DNA from: a virus
Lineage: Duplodnaviria > Caudoviricetes
Length of the DNA stretch: 64,000 nucleotides
IMG/VR virus record: IMGVR_UViG_2687453284_000002
Coordinates: 1,700 to 65,699 of that record
Reading direction: 5' to 3' (one strand)
Shown: positions 44,165-54,241 of the stretch, piece after piece
How positions within the stretch are numbered: position 1 is the first letter of the stretch
Layout: every line of letters begins with the position of its first letter
Notes under the pieces: model-generated
Told to the model about the DNA's origin: nothing
Seen by the model: only the letters and a program-made list of their open reading frames with translations
The model's database searches: none
Position numbers and translations under genes: made by a program

Positions 44165-44535
44165 GTACCTTCTACGAGGAGATGGCGGCGCTAGCGCAAG
44201 AGCTGCTGGCAGAGTTCGGAAAGCCGCTGACGCTGCGCCGGGTGGTTACGGGTGACTATGATCCGGACAGCGGCACGGTGCCGGAGGCTCCCGTGGAATA
44301 TCCGGGCACCGGCGCGCTATTCGACTACGAGTCGGTGGGCTCCGGCCAGACGTGGATCCCCAGCACGCTGATTGAGGTCGGCGACAAGCAGTGCTTGCTG
44401 TCGCCGACGGGCATGCCACTGCCTGCCACCGGCGACAAGCTGGTCGACGGCGCCGACGTGTGGCAGGTCCAGAACGTCAAGGCGGTGAACCCGGCCGGCA
44501 CGCCGGTGCTCTATGAGTTGCAACTTCGGAGGTAG
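44161..44535 (+). CDS. Head closure/stopper protein
   Basis: FY..MA..A..LL.EFG, G.YDP..G, I..GDK, V..VNPAGT.VLY.LQLR. Confidence 0.85.
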   Translation: MSTFYEEMAALAQELLAEFGKPLTLRRVVTGDYDPDSGTVPEAPVEYPGTGALFDYESVGSGQTWIPSTLIEVGDKQCLLSPTGMPLPATGDKLVDGADVWQVQNVKAVNPAGTPVLYELQLRR

Positions 44536-44583
44536 TACATGCCAACGTGGTAGATTTGTCGCTTTCCACAACGGGAGTCGGAA

Positions 44584-45066
44584 GTGGCAAGTCCATTCAG
44601 CGGTGCACAACTGCGCGAGGCGCAGAGGCGAGCAGCGGAAACATCACGGTTGCTCGTCGTGGCAAACACCCTTGCGCACAATTTGCAAGAGCGGCTCGCA
44701 AATGGAGTCCAAACTCACTTTGTCGAGCTACAGGAGATCGATATCGGTCATTCTCAAAGGGATTTGGTGTTTCAAACACCCTTTGGGAAAGTCTGGGGCC
44801 GTTTTGGTATCAAGCGAGACGCCAACAATCTGTTTGGGGTGCTTGACCTGTTTCGCCGTGACCGCAAGCTCGATGGCACCACCGAGATGGTGCGGATGCA
44901 TGGATTGCTTTTCAACGACCGCGGCTTAGTGAGCTTAAATGCTACGCAAGAGCTCGATTGGGACTGGGACATAGCAGCGCCAGATGAGGGCGATGCGATG
45001 CAGTTCGCTCGGAATCTTGCAAACACTTTATCAGCCAAATTTCTTGAGCTAGTCACCGACCTGTGA
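44584..45066 (+). CDS. Moron, hypothetical protein
   Basis: Lower GC; GGGAG SD; own terminator; inserted between conserved neck genes. Confidence 0.72.
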   Translation: MASPFSGAQLREAQRRAAETSRLLVVANTLAHNLQERLANGVQTHFVELQEIDIGHSQRDLVFQTPFGKVWGRFGIKRDANNLFGVLDLFRRDRKLDGTTEMVRMHGLLFNDRGLVSLNATQELDWDWDIAAPDEGDAMQFARNLANTLSAKFLELVTDL

Positions 45067-45084
45067 CTAGCTCATAAGCAAGAG

Positions 45085-45109
45085 AGGCCGCCATATTGGC
45101 GGCTTTTTT
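45085..45109 (+). terminator. Moron terminator
   Basis: GGCCGCCA-tat-TGGCGGCT followed by TTTTT. Confidence 0.8.
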
Positions 45110-45110
45110 C

Positions 45111-45518
45111 ATGCCTGCCAACGACGACTTCCGCCGCAAGCTTGCCGCCTTTGTCCAGCGCGCCAAGGACAACCAAGAGAAGGTCATCCGCGAAGTCGCC
45201 GAAGACCTCCTCCAGTCAATCCAGATGCGATCGCCCGTCGATACGGGCCGATTCCTTGGCAACTGGTTCGTGCAGGAGAGCATTAGCCAGCAGACGACTG
45301 AGGAGACTGACCCGACCGGTCAGCAGATGCTGGCGCGCGGGAAGGCTGGCATAGCGGAATTCAAGCCCGGCGGAGTGCTCTACATCGTCAACTTCTTGCC
45401 CTATGCCCAGCGCCTCGAGTACGGCTGGAGTTCGAAGTCGCCTCAGGGCATGGTGCGCGTCACTATCGCTGAGTTCGACCAGTATCTGACCAAGCATGTC
45501 GGGGAATTGAAGCAATGA
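45111..45518 (+). CDS. HK97 gp10-like neck/tail completion protein
   Basis: RSPVDTGRF..NW, N.LPYA.RLEYGWS...P.GMVR. Confidence 0.88.
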   Translation: MPANDDFRRKLAAFVQRAKDNQEKVIREVAEDLLQSIQMRSPVDTGRFLGNWFVQESISQQTTEETDPTGQQMLARGKAGIAEFKPGGVLYIVNFLPYAQRLEYGWSSKSPQGMVRVTIAEFDQYLTKHVGELKQ

Positions 45519-45922
45519 GCCTCTCTTTGATCCGCCGCGCCTTGGAAAAACACCTCCTTGCAATGGCGCCAGTACTGCCCCTGGCGCCTGAGAATGTGCC
45601 ATTCACCCCGACGCCTGGGGCCCCATACCAAAGGGTGCACCTGCTACCTGCCACACCGGCCAATCCGACGATGGGCGATGGTTTCTACCGAGAAGTGGGC
45701 GTCTTCCAGGTCTCTCTCTACTACCCGCAAGGAACCGGGCCGGCTGCGGCACAGACACGCGCTGAGGCGGTCCGAAACTACTTTCCGCGTGGCCTTCTGA
45801 TCCCTGAGGGCGGCATATCGACGCGTGTTGAGCGGACGCCTGCTATCTCCTCCGGTGTGCCGGACGGCGATCGCTGGTGTATCCACGTGTCGATCCAGTA
45901 CTCGGCAGACATCTTCACCTGA
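45515..45922 (+). CDS. Tail terminator protein (DUF4128-like)
   Basis: ENV.F.P, G.FQV...YP.G.G, F.RG. Confidence 0.82.
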   Translation: MSLSLIRRALEKHLLAMAPVLPLAPENVPFTPTPGAPYQRVHLLPATPANPTMGDGFYREVGVFQVSLYYPQGTGPAAAQTRAEAVRNYFPRGLLIPEGGISTRVERTPAISSGVPDGDRWCIHVSIQYSADIFT

Positions 45923-45980
45923 CCCCGCCCCGCGCCAGCGGGGTTTTTTCATCCTTGGCCCGCTGAACGCGGGCTTTTTC
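45923..45980 (+). terminator. Tandem intrinsic terminators
   Basis: CCCCGC...GCGGGG-TTTTT and GGCCCGC...GCGGGC-TTTTT. Confidence 0.75.
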
Positions 45981-45996
45981 GTTTGGAGCACACATC

Positions 45997-47181
45997 ATGA
46001 CCATTGCAAGCGGCGTAGCGAAAAAGGTCGTCATCAGTAAGGAAGCCGCCTGGGGCGTTAAGCCCGCGGCGAATACCGGCCGGTACATGCGCCGGGTGAC
46101 GGCGGAAATCAACCTGGAGCGCCCGACGTTCGAGTCGAACGAGATCCGCACCGACTACCAAACGGCGGACATGCGCCTGGGCACGAAGGCGGTCAACGGC
46201 ACGCTGTCGGGCGAGCTGTCGCCCGAGACTTTCGAACTGATCTTTGCTGCGGCCCTGCGCGCAGCGTGGGTGGCGGGCGAGACTTATACGGGCGCCGACA
46301 TTGCCGCAGCGGACGCCGGCAACAGACTGGTCAAGTCGGCCGGGTCCTGGCTGACCGAGGGATTCAAGATCGGTGACCTGGTGACGGTGTCGGGCTTCGC
46401 CACCTTGTCGAACAACGGCCAGGCGGTGGTGCTGGGCGTGACGGCAACCGATCTGTCCCTCGATAAAGAGTTGGTTACCGAGGCGGAGGGCGCCAACGTG
46501 ACCGTTGCTGTCGCGGGCAAGAAGCTCGCCGTGCCATTGAGCGGGCACACCAACGACAGCTTCGCGATCGAGCAGTGGTACAGCGATATTCTGGCCAGTG
46601 AGCTTGCTCTCGGCGTTCGAATCGGCTCCGTCGCGCTGAATTTCCCGCCGAACGGCATGGCGACCGTCGAAGTGACCCTGATGGGCAAGGACGTCGAGAC
46701 TGACGATGTAGCCTATTTCGTGGCACCGAGCCCGGCCACTGACACCAGCATCTTGGCCGGCACTCGTGGCGCGCTGTACGCCGGCGGTGCCAGCATCGCT
46801 GTCGTGACTGGTCTCAATTTCACGATCGAAGGAGGGATGGAGACGGGCGAGGTCATCGGTTCGCCGACCACGCCGGACGTCTTCGCCGGCCGCGTCCGCG
46901 TCTCGGGCCAGATGACAGCGTACTTCGAGAACAACGACCTATACACCAAGTTCGTCAACGAGGAAGAGACCTCCTTGGTGTTCCGCCTCGATGGCGACCC
47001 CGGCGAGTCGATGATGTTCAAGCTGCCGCGCATCAAGCTGGGCGGCGCATCGAAGGACGACAAGGAAACCGGCGGCATCGTCCAGACCATCCCGTTCACC
47101 GCGCTGCTGAACGTCCACGGCGGTGCGGCTGAGGCCACCGAGAAGACCACAATCGTGATCCAGGACACCACCCTGGTCTGA
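45997..47181 (+). CDS. Major tail tube protein
   Basis: IASGV.K, E..WGV.P, SNEIR.D.Q, VSG..TAYFE; position before the chaperones. Confidence 0.87.
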   Translation: MTIASGVAKKVVISKEAAWGVKPAANTGRYMRRVTAEINLERPTFESNEIRTDYQTADMRLGTKAVNGTLSGELSPETFELIFAAALRAAWVAGETYTGADIAAADAGNRLVKSAGSWLTEGFKIGDLVTVSGFATLSNNGQAVVLGVTATDLSLDKELVTEAEGANVTVAVAGKKLAVPLSGHTNDSFAIEQWYSDILASELALGVRIGSVALNFPPNGMATVEVTLMGKDVETDDVAYFVAPSPATDTSILAGTRGALYAGGASIAVVTGLNFTIEGGMETGEVIGSPTTPDVFAGRVRVSGQMTAYFENNDLYTKFVNEEETSLVFRLDGDPGESMMFKLPRIKLGGASKDDKETGGIVQTIPFTALLNVHGGAAEATEKTTIVIQDTTLV

Positions 47182-47296
47182 TCCAGAGCCCCGCGCAGAA
47201 GGGGCGCATTTACTTACCCCCGGAGCAGCTTCGCTCCACCCTAGGGCGTTACCCGCCGGCATGTGTCGGCGGGCTCTTTTTTCTATGGAGCTTCAC

Positions 47297-47722
47297 ATGA
47301 AAACGGCAGAACAGAACCTGATCAGCATCGACGACCTGGACGTCGTGAAGGCGAGCGAGATTCCCTTTACATTCGATCTGCTGGGCGCGGATGACAAGCC
47401 CACCGGCGTCAAGTTTTCGGTGTACGGCGATCAGTCGGAGCGAGTGCAGAAGTTCATCCGTGACAACCTGAACAAGCGCCGCACCCGGGCTGCGATGGCG
47501 GCCAAGAAGGGGAAGGATCTACCGGTCGACATGATCGAGGACGATGAGGAATTCCTCATCAAGTCCTGCGTCGTCAGGCTAGCGAGCTGGGAGGGCATGA
47601 AGGAGGAATGCACGCCGGAGAACGCCGAAAGGCTGTTCCGCAAGTACCCGAGCGCGCGCCGTCAAGTGCTGGACCAATCGGCTGAAGCGGGAAATTTTAT
47701 GCCGAGCTCGCGCAAGAGCTGA
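47297..47722 (+). CDS. Tail assembly chaperone (G-like)
   Basis: Between tail tube and tape measure genes; ends ...AGNF at the slippery site. Confidence 0.85.
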   Translation: MKTAEQNLISIDDLDVVKASEIPFTFDLLGADDKPTGVKFSVYGDQSERVQKFIRDNLNKRRTRAAMAAKKGKDLPVDMIEDDEEFLIKSCVVRLASWEGMKEECTPENAERLFRKYPSARRQVLDQSAEAGNFMPSSRKS

Positions 47723-48066
47723 TCGACTTTGCGCGACACGAGTTCGCACTCGCGACCCCGCAGAAGGATGGCCAGCCTCTGCGGGCGCACCTGGAGGCCG
47801 TCGAAAGCCAGACAGGCAAACGGCCTCCCCAGCTAGTCGGGCCAGAATTTCCGGACGGCGCCCAGCACGTCTGGGACTGGTTCAAGGCACTGCACCGCCA
47901 GCGGCAGAGCAGCGGCTTCGGTCCGAATCCAACCTCCTTCGAAGAAATACGCAGCTATTTCCTGCTGCGCCGAGAGCATCCGGCCCAGTGGGAACTCGAC
48001 CTCATCCAGGCGCTAGACCAAGTGGCGCTTGAGAACAAACCGAAGGTAAAGACCGATGTCCCTTGA
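47689..48066 (+). CDS. Tail assembly chaperone GT extension via -1 programmed frameshift
   Basis: Slippery GGGAAAT/AAATTTT at 47689-47698; the -1 frame stays open (YAELAQELIDFARHEF...HVWDWF..L...R...GFGPNP) to TGA 48066. Confidence 0.82.
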   Translation, partial: GKFYAELAQELIDFARHEFALATPQKDGQPLRAHLEAVESQTGKRPPQLVGPEFPDGAQHVWDWFKALHRQRQSSGFGPNPTSFEEIRSYFLLRREHPAQWELDLIQALDQVALENKPKVKTDVP

Positions 48067-51000
48067 TATTGCCGCACTGGGCCTGAAGCTTGATACGACC
48101 GACGTCGAGCGGGGGACGCGCTCGCTTGACGCTGTCGCAAAGGCCGGTGACAAGGCTGCGGACGCCTTGGATCAGGCCGGCACGCGCGGCAGCACCGGCA
48201 TGCGGAAGGTGGGCAGCGCCGCGGCGGAAGTTGACCGGCAGTTCGGCGGCTTCCGCCGAGTGTCGCAGGACGTGTCGCGCCAGTTGGGTAGCGTGAGCAC
48301 GGAAAGCGCGAGCGCCCAGCGCCAGCTGGAGATGCTGCGTCGCGCTACCGATGGAAACACGGCAGCCACCAAGGCCCAGGTGGCTGCCGCGCGCGAAATG
48401 GAGAAGGCACTCGCCACGCTCAACGCGCAGAGCTCGCTGCAGATCAAGATGGCCAAGGACGCCGCAGCGGCGGCGCTCCAGAAGGCCAATGCTTCGGCCG
48501 CCGAGACTGCGCGGATGCGCGAGAGCGTGAAGGCGCTGCAAGAGCAGGTCAGCGCTATGAAGCAGCAGCAGAGCACGCTTCCCGGTCTGACTGCTGGCAT
48601 CGGCGGTTACGTGCGCGCGCTCATGGCGGCGGTGACCGTACAGAAGCTGATTGGTGCGGCTGATGAATGGACGAACCTGAATAACCGGCTCAAGCTGGTC
48701 ACGAACGGCTCCGCCGAGTTCGCGCAAGCACAGCGCAGCGTGATCAGCATCGCCAATGAGACGCGTCAAAGCCTCGCCGGTACCGCAGAGCTGTATCAGC
48801 GCCTGGCCATGAATCAGGAGCAGCTGGGCCTCTCTGGCGAGCGTATGTCGGGGGTGGTCTCCACGATCTCCAAGGCCATGGTGGTGAGCGGCACGAGCGC
48901 GCAAGGTGCGCAGGCTGCTCTGGTGCAACTGGGCCAGGCATTCGCGGCCGGCACGCTCCGCGGCGAGGAACTGAATTCGGTTCTGGAGCAGGCGCCGGCG
49001 CTTGCGCAGGCCATCGCCAAGGGATTCGGTGTCACCGTCGGGCAGCTGAAGAAGCTGGGCGAGGAGGGCAAGCTCACGGCGCAAGGTCTCATCACGGCAT
49101 TGGAAAGCCAGGCCGGGGCCGTCGATCAGGCGTTCGGCAAAATGGACGCGACTGTCAGTCAGGCACTCGAAGTGCTCAACAACAAGTTCCTCGAGTTCGT
49201 CGGCAATGTCGATGATGCGACCGGCGCGTCCAAGATGCTGGCCGATGCAATCCTGGCAATCGGCAACAACCTGCCAGCCGTTGTGAGCGGCGTGAGCACG
49301 CTGGTCGGCGTAGGTCTGGTGGCGTGGCTTTCAAGATCGGCTGCGGCTGCTGGCGGCTTGGTGCCGCTGCTCGCGGGTGTTGGCGCGGCAGCGCGGGGGG
49401 CCGTCATGGCCATGGGTCCGGTAGGGCTGATGATTGGTGGTCTGACGTTGGCAATCGGCGGCGCGGTTACGGCCTATAAGTACTTCACCAATGGTGCGCA
49501 GGAGGCGGAGGCTGCGGGCGTAAAGATGGCCAACAACACGGCCAACGCAATGTCGCAAGCCGTGGTCAGCATCTCAAACGATGTGGGTCGCCTCGTTGGC
49601 ACGCTGGATGAAGTCAACAAGGCGCTCGGCAAGAAGCTGGAGCTGGACCCGTACGAGAAGTACAACGCGGTACTGAAGGAGCAGACAGGGCTCGTTGACA
49701 AGCAACGCTTCGCCCTCAAGATGCTCAATGAAGCTGAAAAGGGCATCGGTGCGTACACCACCGCCACCGCTGAGGACCGGGCAAAGGCGGTAGCCGGCTG
49801 GCGCAATGAGCTGCAACAAACAACAGCGGCCATACAGCCGCTTGATCAGAAGATTGCGGCGACGCGCGGCGTTGTGTCTGACTCCTACGTCAAAGACACG
49901 AACCGCATGACGGATGCGGACAAGAAGCGCGCAGCTATCGCCAAAGAGGAGGCCGCATACCAAGCCGCGCTGAATAGCGCCAGTGGCGACGCCGTGAAGC
50001 TGGTCGAGATCGAAGCGAAGCACAAGACGGGCCTCGCGAAAATCGAAGAGGACTTCACCAAGAAGACGAAAGCCGGCAACAAGGTGCGCGCCGAGCGCAA
50101 TACCCTTGCTGACAGCTATCTGAAGTCCGCAGACGAAGAGATTGCATCGCTTCGTGAGCAAGCGGCCGGTACCGACAAGCTGAGCGCAGCCCAGAAGACG
50201 ATCATCAAGCTTGAGGCCGACCTGGCGGGCGGCAAAGACAAAAGCATCAAGCTGCATGAGTCGGAGATCCGCCAGCGGATCGACCTGCTCCGTACGCTGG
50301 AGCTGGAGGCCATTGCGCGCGCGGAGCTTAAGCGCGTCGAGGATGAACGCTACAACGCGAGTACGGCGAGCGTCGACCAGCTGCAGCAACAGCTGAACGC
50401 GCTCAAGCTTGAGTACGAGGCCATTGGGCTGACGAAGGAGCAAACCGAGCGGCTGGAAGCCGCACGCCTGCGCGACGCGGCGGCCGTCAAGCGTCAGCAA
50501 CTGGCTGAGGCGGAGCGGACTAGCACTTCCGCCTCGTATATCGAAAGCCTGCGCGAAGAGGCGGAGCTACTAGAGGCCATCGCCAACCAAAGGGAGGCAA
50601 ACGCAGGGCGACAGGCAATCGCTGATCAGGCCACGCAGGCTGCCGACGATTGGAAGAGGGCGAGCGACGACATCAACAGGTCCCTGACCGATGCGCTACT
50701 GCGTGGGTTCGAGTCCGGCAAGGGCTTCGCGGAGAATTTCCGAGATACCCTCAAGAACATGTTCAACACGCTCGTGTTGCGACCAGTAATCTCGGCCATT
50801 ATGCAACCGGTGGCTGGCCTAGTGCAGTCCGGTCTGAGCATGCTCGGTCTGGGTGGCACGAGCGCCACCGGTGGTGGTGGCCTGGGCGCCGTCAGCAGCG
50901 GCGTCAATTTGCTCAGTGCAGGGCGTAGCGTCTACTCGGCGCTGCAAGCTGGTGCAGTGAGCTTGCCGGGCGCTATAGCAACTCCAATCGCGGAAATGGC

Positions 51001-54000
51001 GGGCGGCGACGTGCTGGGCAACCTCATTGCGCTCAAGGGCGCAGGCACTGCGGGCGCGACGCCGGGTGTTGCAGCGCTTTCGTCGGGCCTGAACTTCTTG
51101 GGTGGAACCGCTGCAGGGTACGGCGTGGGCTCATTGATCTCGGGTCAATACTCGGCAATTGGCGGCACACAGGCATGGGCGTCTGGCGGCGGCGCGGCCA
51201 TTGGTGCCGCTATCGGCTCCATTGTCCCAGGCTTGGGCACGCTAATAGGCGGTGTGATTGGTGGCGCCATTGGTGGCGTTGTCAACCGTGCCTTTGGCAT
51301 GGGTCCGAAGGAAGTGCAGAGCGCTGGTATCGAGGGCCGCTTCACTGGTGCCGGCTTCAGCGGAGGTCAGTACGCCGACTTCAAGCAGAAGGGGGGATGG
51401 TTCCGCAGCGATCGGTACAGCAGCGAGTCGAAGCCGTTCGGCGACAAGGAGATGGCCGCCATCCAGACGGAGTTCTTTGGGATGGTCGACATCCTCAAGG
51501 GGCTCAATTCCGTCTCCAATCGTTGGGAGATGGATAGCCGCTTGGGCATGTTCGACTACTCGATCCGCAATGACTGGCGGAGCGAGGAGAACCGCAAGAA
51601 GTCGTGGGGCGACCTGAGCGATGCGCTTGCGGAAAACATGATTCCGGGCATTGCGGCGTTCCGCAAGGAGGGCGAGAACCTGGTGCAGACGGCCCTGCGC
51701 CTGACCGACATCTTCAAGTCCACCAATCTGGTCGCGGAGGCGCTTGGAAAGAATCTCGACACCGCTTTCGGTATCGGGGGCATCGGTGGCGCAGGCAAGC
51801 GTGAGGCTCTGGTCAATGCGGCCGGTGGGGTGGACAACCTTAACTCGATCGCGTCGGCCTATATGGACGCGGCATTCTCCGATCAGGAGAAGGTTACCTA
51901 CGCTGCCAAGCAGTTGGGGGACCAGTTTGCCGCGCTGGGCTTCTCGATGCCAGAGAGCACTGCGCAACTTCGGGAGTGGATCGAGCAGCAGGACCTGTCC
52001 CGCGAGAACGAGGCCCAGCACGCGGTTGCGCTCATGGCGTTGACGCCTGCGTACAAGCAGCTCGAGGACGCAATGCGCGGCCTAAACGGCACCGTGACGG
52101 AAGTGCGCACTGGGATTGTCGATCTCGAGAACATTTTGTTGACCGATCAGCAGAAGCAGGAGAACCGCATTAACTCGATGCGTGAGGAGCTCGACAAGCT
52201 CGGCCTGTCCAGCATCACCACGCGCGACGGACTACTCGAGTATGCCCGAGGCCTCGACCGGAACACCGAGGCCGGCGAACAGGCATACCAGGCGCTGGTG
52301 CGGGTCGCGCCGGCCTTCCTGGAGGTTGAGGCAGCGGCAGCCCAGGCCGCGGCGGCGGCGGAGGAGGCTGCGGCCAGGACGCGCGAATTGACGGACAGCT
52401 ATTACAGTCTGTTCAAGTCCCCGGAGGAGCAGCTGGGCCGGTTACAGGATCAGCTCAGTGCGGAGTTTGCCAAGCTGGGCCAGGCGCTGCCGATGAGCGC
52501 GATCGCCTATACCCAGCTCGTCGACAGCATCGACACCAGCACTGCGAGCGGCCTGAGGCTCAAGGATGGGCTGATGGCGCTCGCGCAGCAGATGTCGAAC
52601 TTCCTGCAGCAAATGCAGGCACAAGGTAAGCAGCTTGGCACCGGGCTTTCAGATCTCATGGCACAGCAGATGGTGGCGTTGGAGAATCTTCGTGGGCGCG
52701 TGGCTTCGCTGTCGGCCGAAGTGCAAGCGGCATTCACGCTGCGGGGCAATGCCCGGTCGATGCTGTCGCAGATCGGGCAGGCTCTTGGTCAGGGCGGCAG
52801 TACTGCTGGCCGTAAGGACCAACTGTGGGGAATGCTCCAATCCGGCATTTCGCCGCAGCAGAAGCTGGACCTTGCGGGCGAGTTGATGGGGTTGATCACG
52901 CAGGCACAGTCCCCGGTCGACACATCTGGCTATCAGGCAGACCTGAGTGCAGCGCAAGAGCAGCAGAGCGCGGCGCAGGAGCTGATGAACGCCGGGAAGA
53001 GCTTACGCGACGCTGGTCGCCAGTTGCGCGATTACGTTAGCGACCTGCGCACCGGTGACCTGTCTCCGCTCACCAACATGGAGAAGCTGGGCCAGGCGCA
53101 GGCGAACTACGAGGCGACGCTGGCGAAGGCGCGCGGCGGAGACCAAACCGCGATCGGGCAGCTCCAAGGAGCAGCGAGTGAATACCTGAATCTCGCGCGC
53201 ACGGTCTATGCCAGCGGCGAGCAGTACACGCAGATTTTCAACAGCGTGACCGGCTCGCTGGATTCGCTCGGTGCCGGCTTGGAAAGTCAGGGCGCGGCCC
53301 AAGAGGCGGCGGCCCAGCAGCAGCTGGCGGTCGCTCGCCAGCAGGCCGATACGGCGCAGCAGCAGTTGAACGCTGCCCAGCAACAGACGGGCTTGAGTGC
53401 GCAGCAGGTGGAGGAGCTGACGCGCCTGCAGCAGTTTGTGCAAGGTATCGAGGCGGCGGCCGACGCCAACTACAACGACCTGACGGCCAAGCTGGCTGCA
53501 GAACTAAGCGCACTGCAGGCGTTGGAGCAGGCGATGGGATTGCAGTCGACGGTCCCGGGCCTGCTGCAAGGACTACCGGCAGAGATCGCTGCGCAACTCG
53601 CGCCGCTAATCAACACGGTGGCGGGCGGCGCGCAGTTGGCGACGCAACTCTACAAGGATCTTCTTGGCCGAACTCCGGATGCATCGGGGCTCGACTACTG
53701 GTCGCAGCAGTTCTCTACGCCGGGCGGTCAGGGCATCAACGACTTCGCCTGGGGCGCGTACGAGGAGCAGATCAAGAAGGCGTACCAGGACGTGATGGGG
53801 CGCGATGCGGACGCGGCAGGGCTGCGGTTCTACGCCGAGCAGATGCAAGGCGGGAAGAGCATTGCCGACATCCGAAGCGAACTGGAATGGGCGAAGGCTC
53901 ATGGCAGCCACGCTGACGGACTGGCCAGCGTCCCGTTTGACGGGTACAGGGCAATCCTGCACGCGGGTGAGCGGGTAATGACGGCACAGGACAACCGTGT

Positions 54001-54241
54001 CTTCTCCGCCATCGACTGGTCGCAGTTCGGCCGGGGTGATGGCCTGCTCAAGGCGCTGATTGGCAAGGTCGATCAGTTGACGCGTGTGGTCGACATGCTG
54101 CGCACCCAACAGGCTCAGGAGTCGGCTGAGCAGGTCCGTGCCACGCGCGATGCAGGCGATCGCATGGCGAACGCTTCCGAGGACAGCGCCAAGTTGGCCG
54201 TTGAAACGAATCGCACCCGCAAGGGACCAGCACTATCATGA
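48056..54241 (+). CDS. Tape measure protein (2061 aa) with C-terminal DUF4214-like repeats
   Basis: Tape-measure domain ADEW..L.NRL...LRGEELNSVLEQAP; Ala-rich helices; Gly-rich hydrophobic segments; GSHA.GL..VPFDGY.A.LH.GE.V. Confidence 0.95.
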   Translation: MSLDIAALGLKLDTTDVERGTRSLDAVAKAGDKAADALDQAGTRGSTGMRKVGSAAAEVDRQFGGFRRVSQDVSRQLGSVSTESASAQRQLEMLRRATDGNTAATKAQVAAAREMEKALATLNAQSSLQIKMAKDAAAAALQKANASAAETARMRESVKALQEQVSAMKQQQSTLPGLTAGIGGYVRALMAAVTVQKLIGAADEWTNLNNRLKLVTNGSAEFAQAQRSVISIANETRQSLAGTAELYQRLAMNQEQLGLSGERMSGVVSTISKAMVVSGTSAQGAQAALVQLGQAFAAGTLRGEELNSVLEQAPALAQAIAKGFGVTVGQLKKLGEEGKLTAQGLITALESQAGAVDQAFGKMDATVSQALEVLNNKFLEFVGNVDDATGASKMLADAILAIGNNLPAVVSGVSTLVGVGLVAWLSRSAAAAGGLVPLLAGVGAAARGAVMAMGPVGLMIGGLTLAIGGAVTAYKYFTNGAQEAEAAGVKMANNTANAMSQAVVSISNDVGRLVGTLDEVNKALGKKLELDPYEKYNAVLKEQTGLVDKQRFALKMLNEAEKGIGAYTTATAEDRAKAVAGWRNELQQTTAAIQPLDQKIAATRGVVSDSYVKDTNRMTDADKKRAAIAKEEAAYQAALNSASGDAVKLVEIEAKHKTGLAKIEEDFTKKTKAGNKVRAERNTLADSYLKSADEEIASLREQAAGTDKLSAAQKTIIKLEADLAGGKDKSIKLHESEIRQRIDLLRTLELEAIARAELKRVEDERYNASTASVDQLQQQLNALKLEYEAIGLTKEQTERLEAARLRDAAAVKRQQLAEAERTSTSASYIESLREEAELLEAIANQREANAGRQAIADQATQAADDWKRASDDINRSLTDALLRGFESGKGFAENFRDTLKNMFNTLVLRPVISAIMQPVAGLVQSGLSMLGLGGTSATGGGGLGAVSSGVNLLSAGRSVYSALQAGAVSLPGAIATPIAEMAGGDVLGNLIALKGAGTAGATPGVAALSSGLNFLGGTAAGYGVGSLISGQYSAIGGTQAWASGGGAAIGAAIGSIVPGLGTLIGGVIGGAIGGVVNRAFGMGPKEVQSAGIEGRFTGAGFSGGQYADFKQKGGWFRSDRYSSESKPFGDKEMAAIQTEFFGMVDILKGLNSVSNRWEMDSRLGMFDYSIRNDWRSEENRKKSWGDLSDALAENMIPGIAAFRKEGENLVQTALRLTDIFKSTNLVAEALGKNLDTAFGIGGIGGAGKREALVNAAGGVDNLNSIASAYMDAAFSDQEKVTYAAKQLGDQFAALGFSMPESTAQLREWIEQQDLSRENEAQHAVALMALTPAYKQLEDAMRGLNGTVTEVRTGIVDLENILLTDQQKQENRINSMREELDKLGLSSITTRDGLLEYARGLDRNTEAGEQAYQALVRVAPAFLEVEAAAAQAAAAAEEAAARTRELTDSYYSLFKSPEEQLGRLQDQLSAEFAKLGQALPMSAIAYTQLVDSIDTSTASGLRLKDGLMALAQQMSNFLQQMQAQGKQLGTGLSDLMAQQMVALENLRGRVASLSAEVQAAFTLRGNARSMLSQIGQALGQGGSTAGRKDQLWGMLQSGISPQQKLDLAGELMGLITQAQSPVDTSGYQADLSAAQEQQSAAQELMNAGKSLRDAGRQLRDYVSDLRTGDLSPLTNMEKLGQAQANYEATLAKARGGDQTAIGQLQGAASEYLNLARTVYASGEQYTQIFNSVTGSLDSLGAGLESQGAAQEAAAQQQLAVARQQADTAQQQLNAAQQQTGLSAQQVEELTRLQQFVQGIEAAADANYNDLTAKLAAELSALQALEQAMGLQSTVPGLLQGLPAEIAAQLAPLINTVAGGAQLATQLYKDLLGRTPDASGLDYWSQQFSTPGGQGINDFAWGAYEEQIKKAYQDVMGRDADAAGLRFYAEQMQGGKSIADIRSELEWAKAHGSHADGLASVPFDGYRAILHAGERVMTAQDNRVFSAIDWSQFGRGDGLLKALIGKVDQLTRVVDMLRTQQAQESAEQVRATRDAGDRMANASEDSAKLAVETNRTRKGPALS

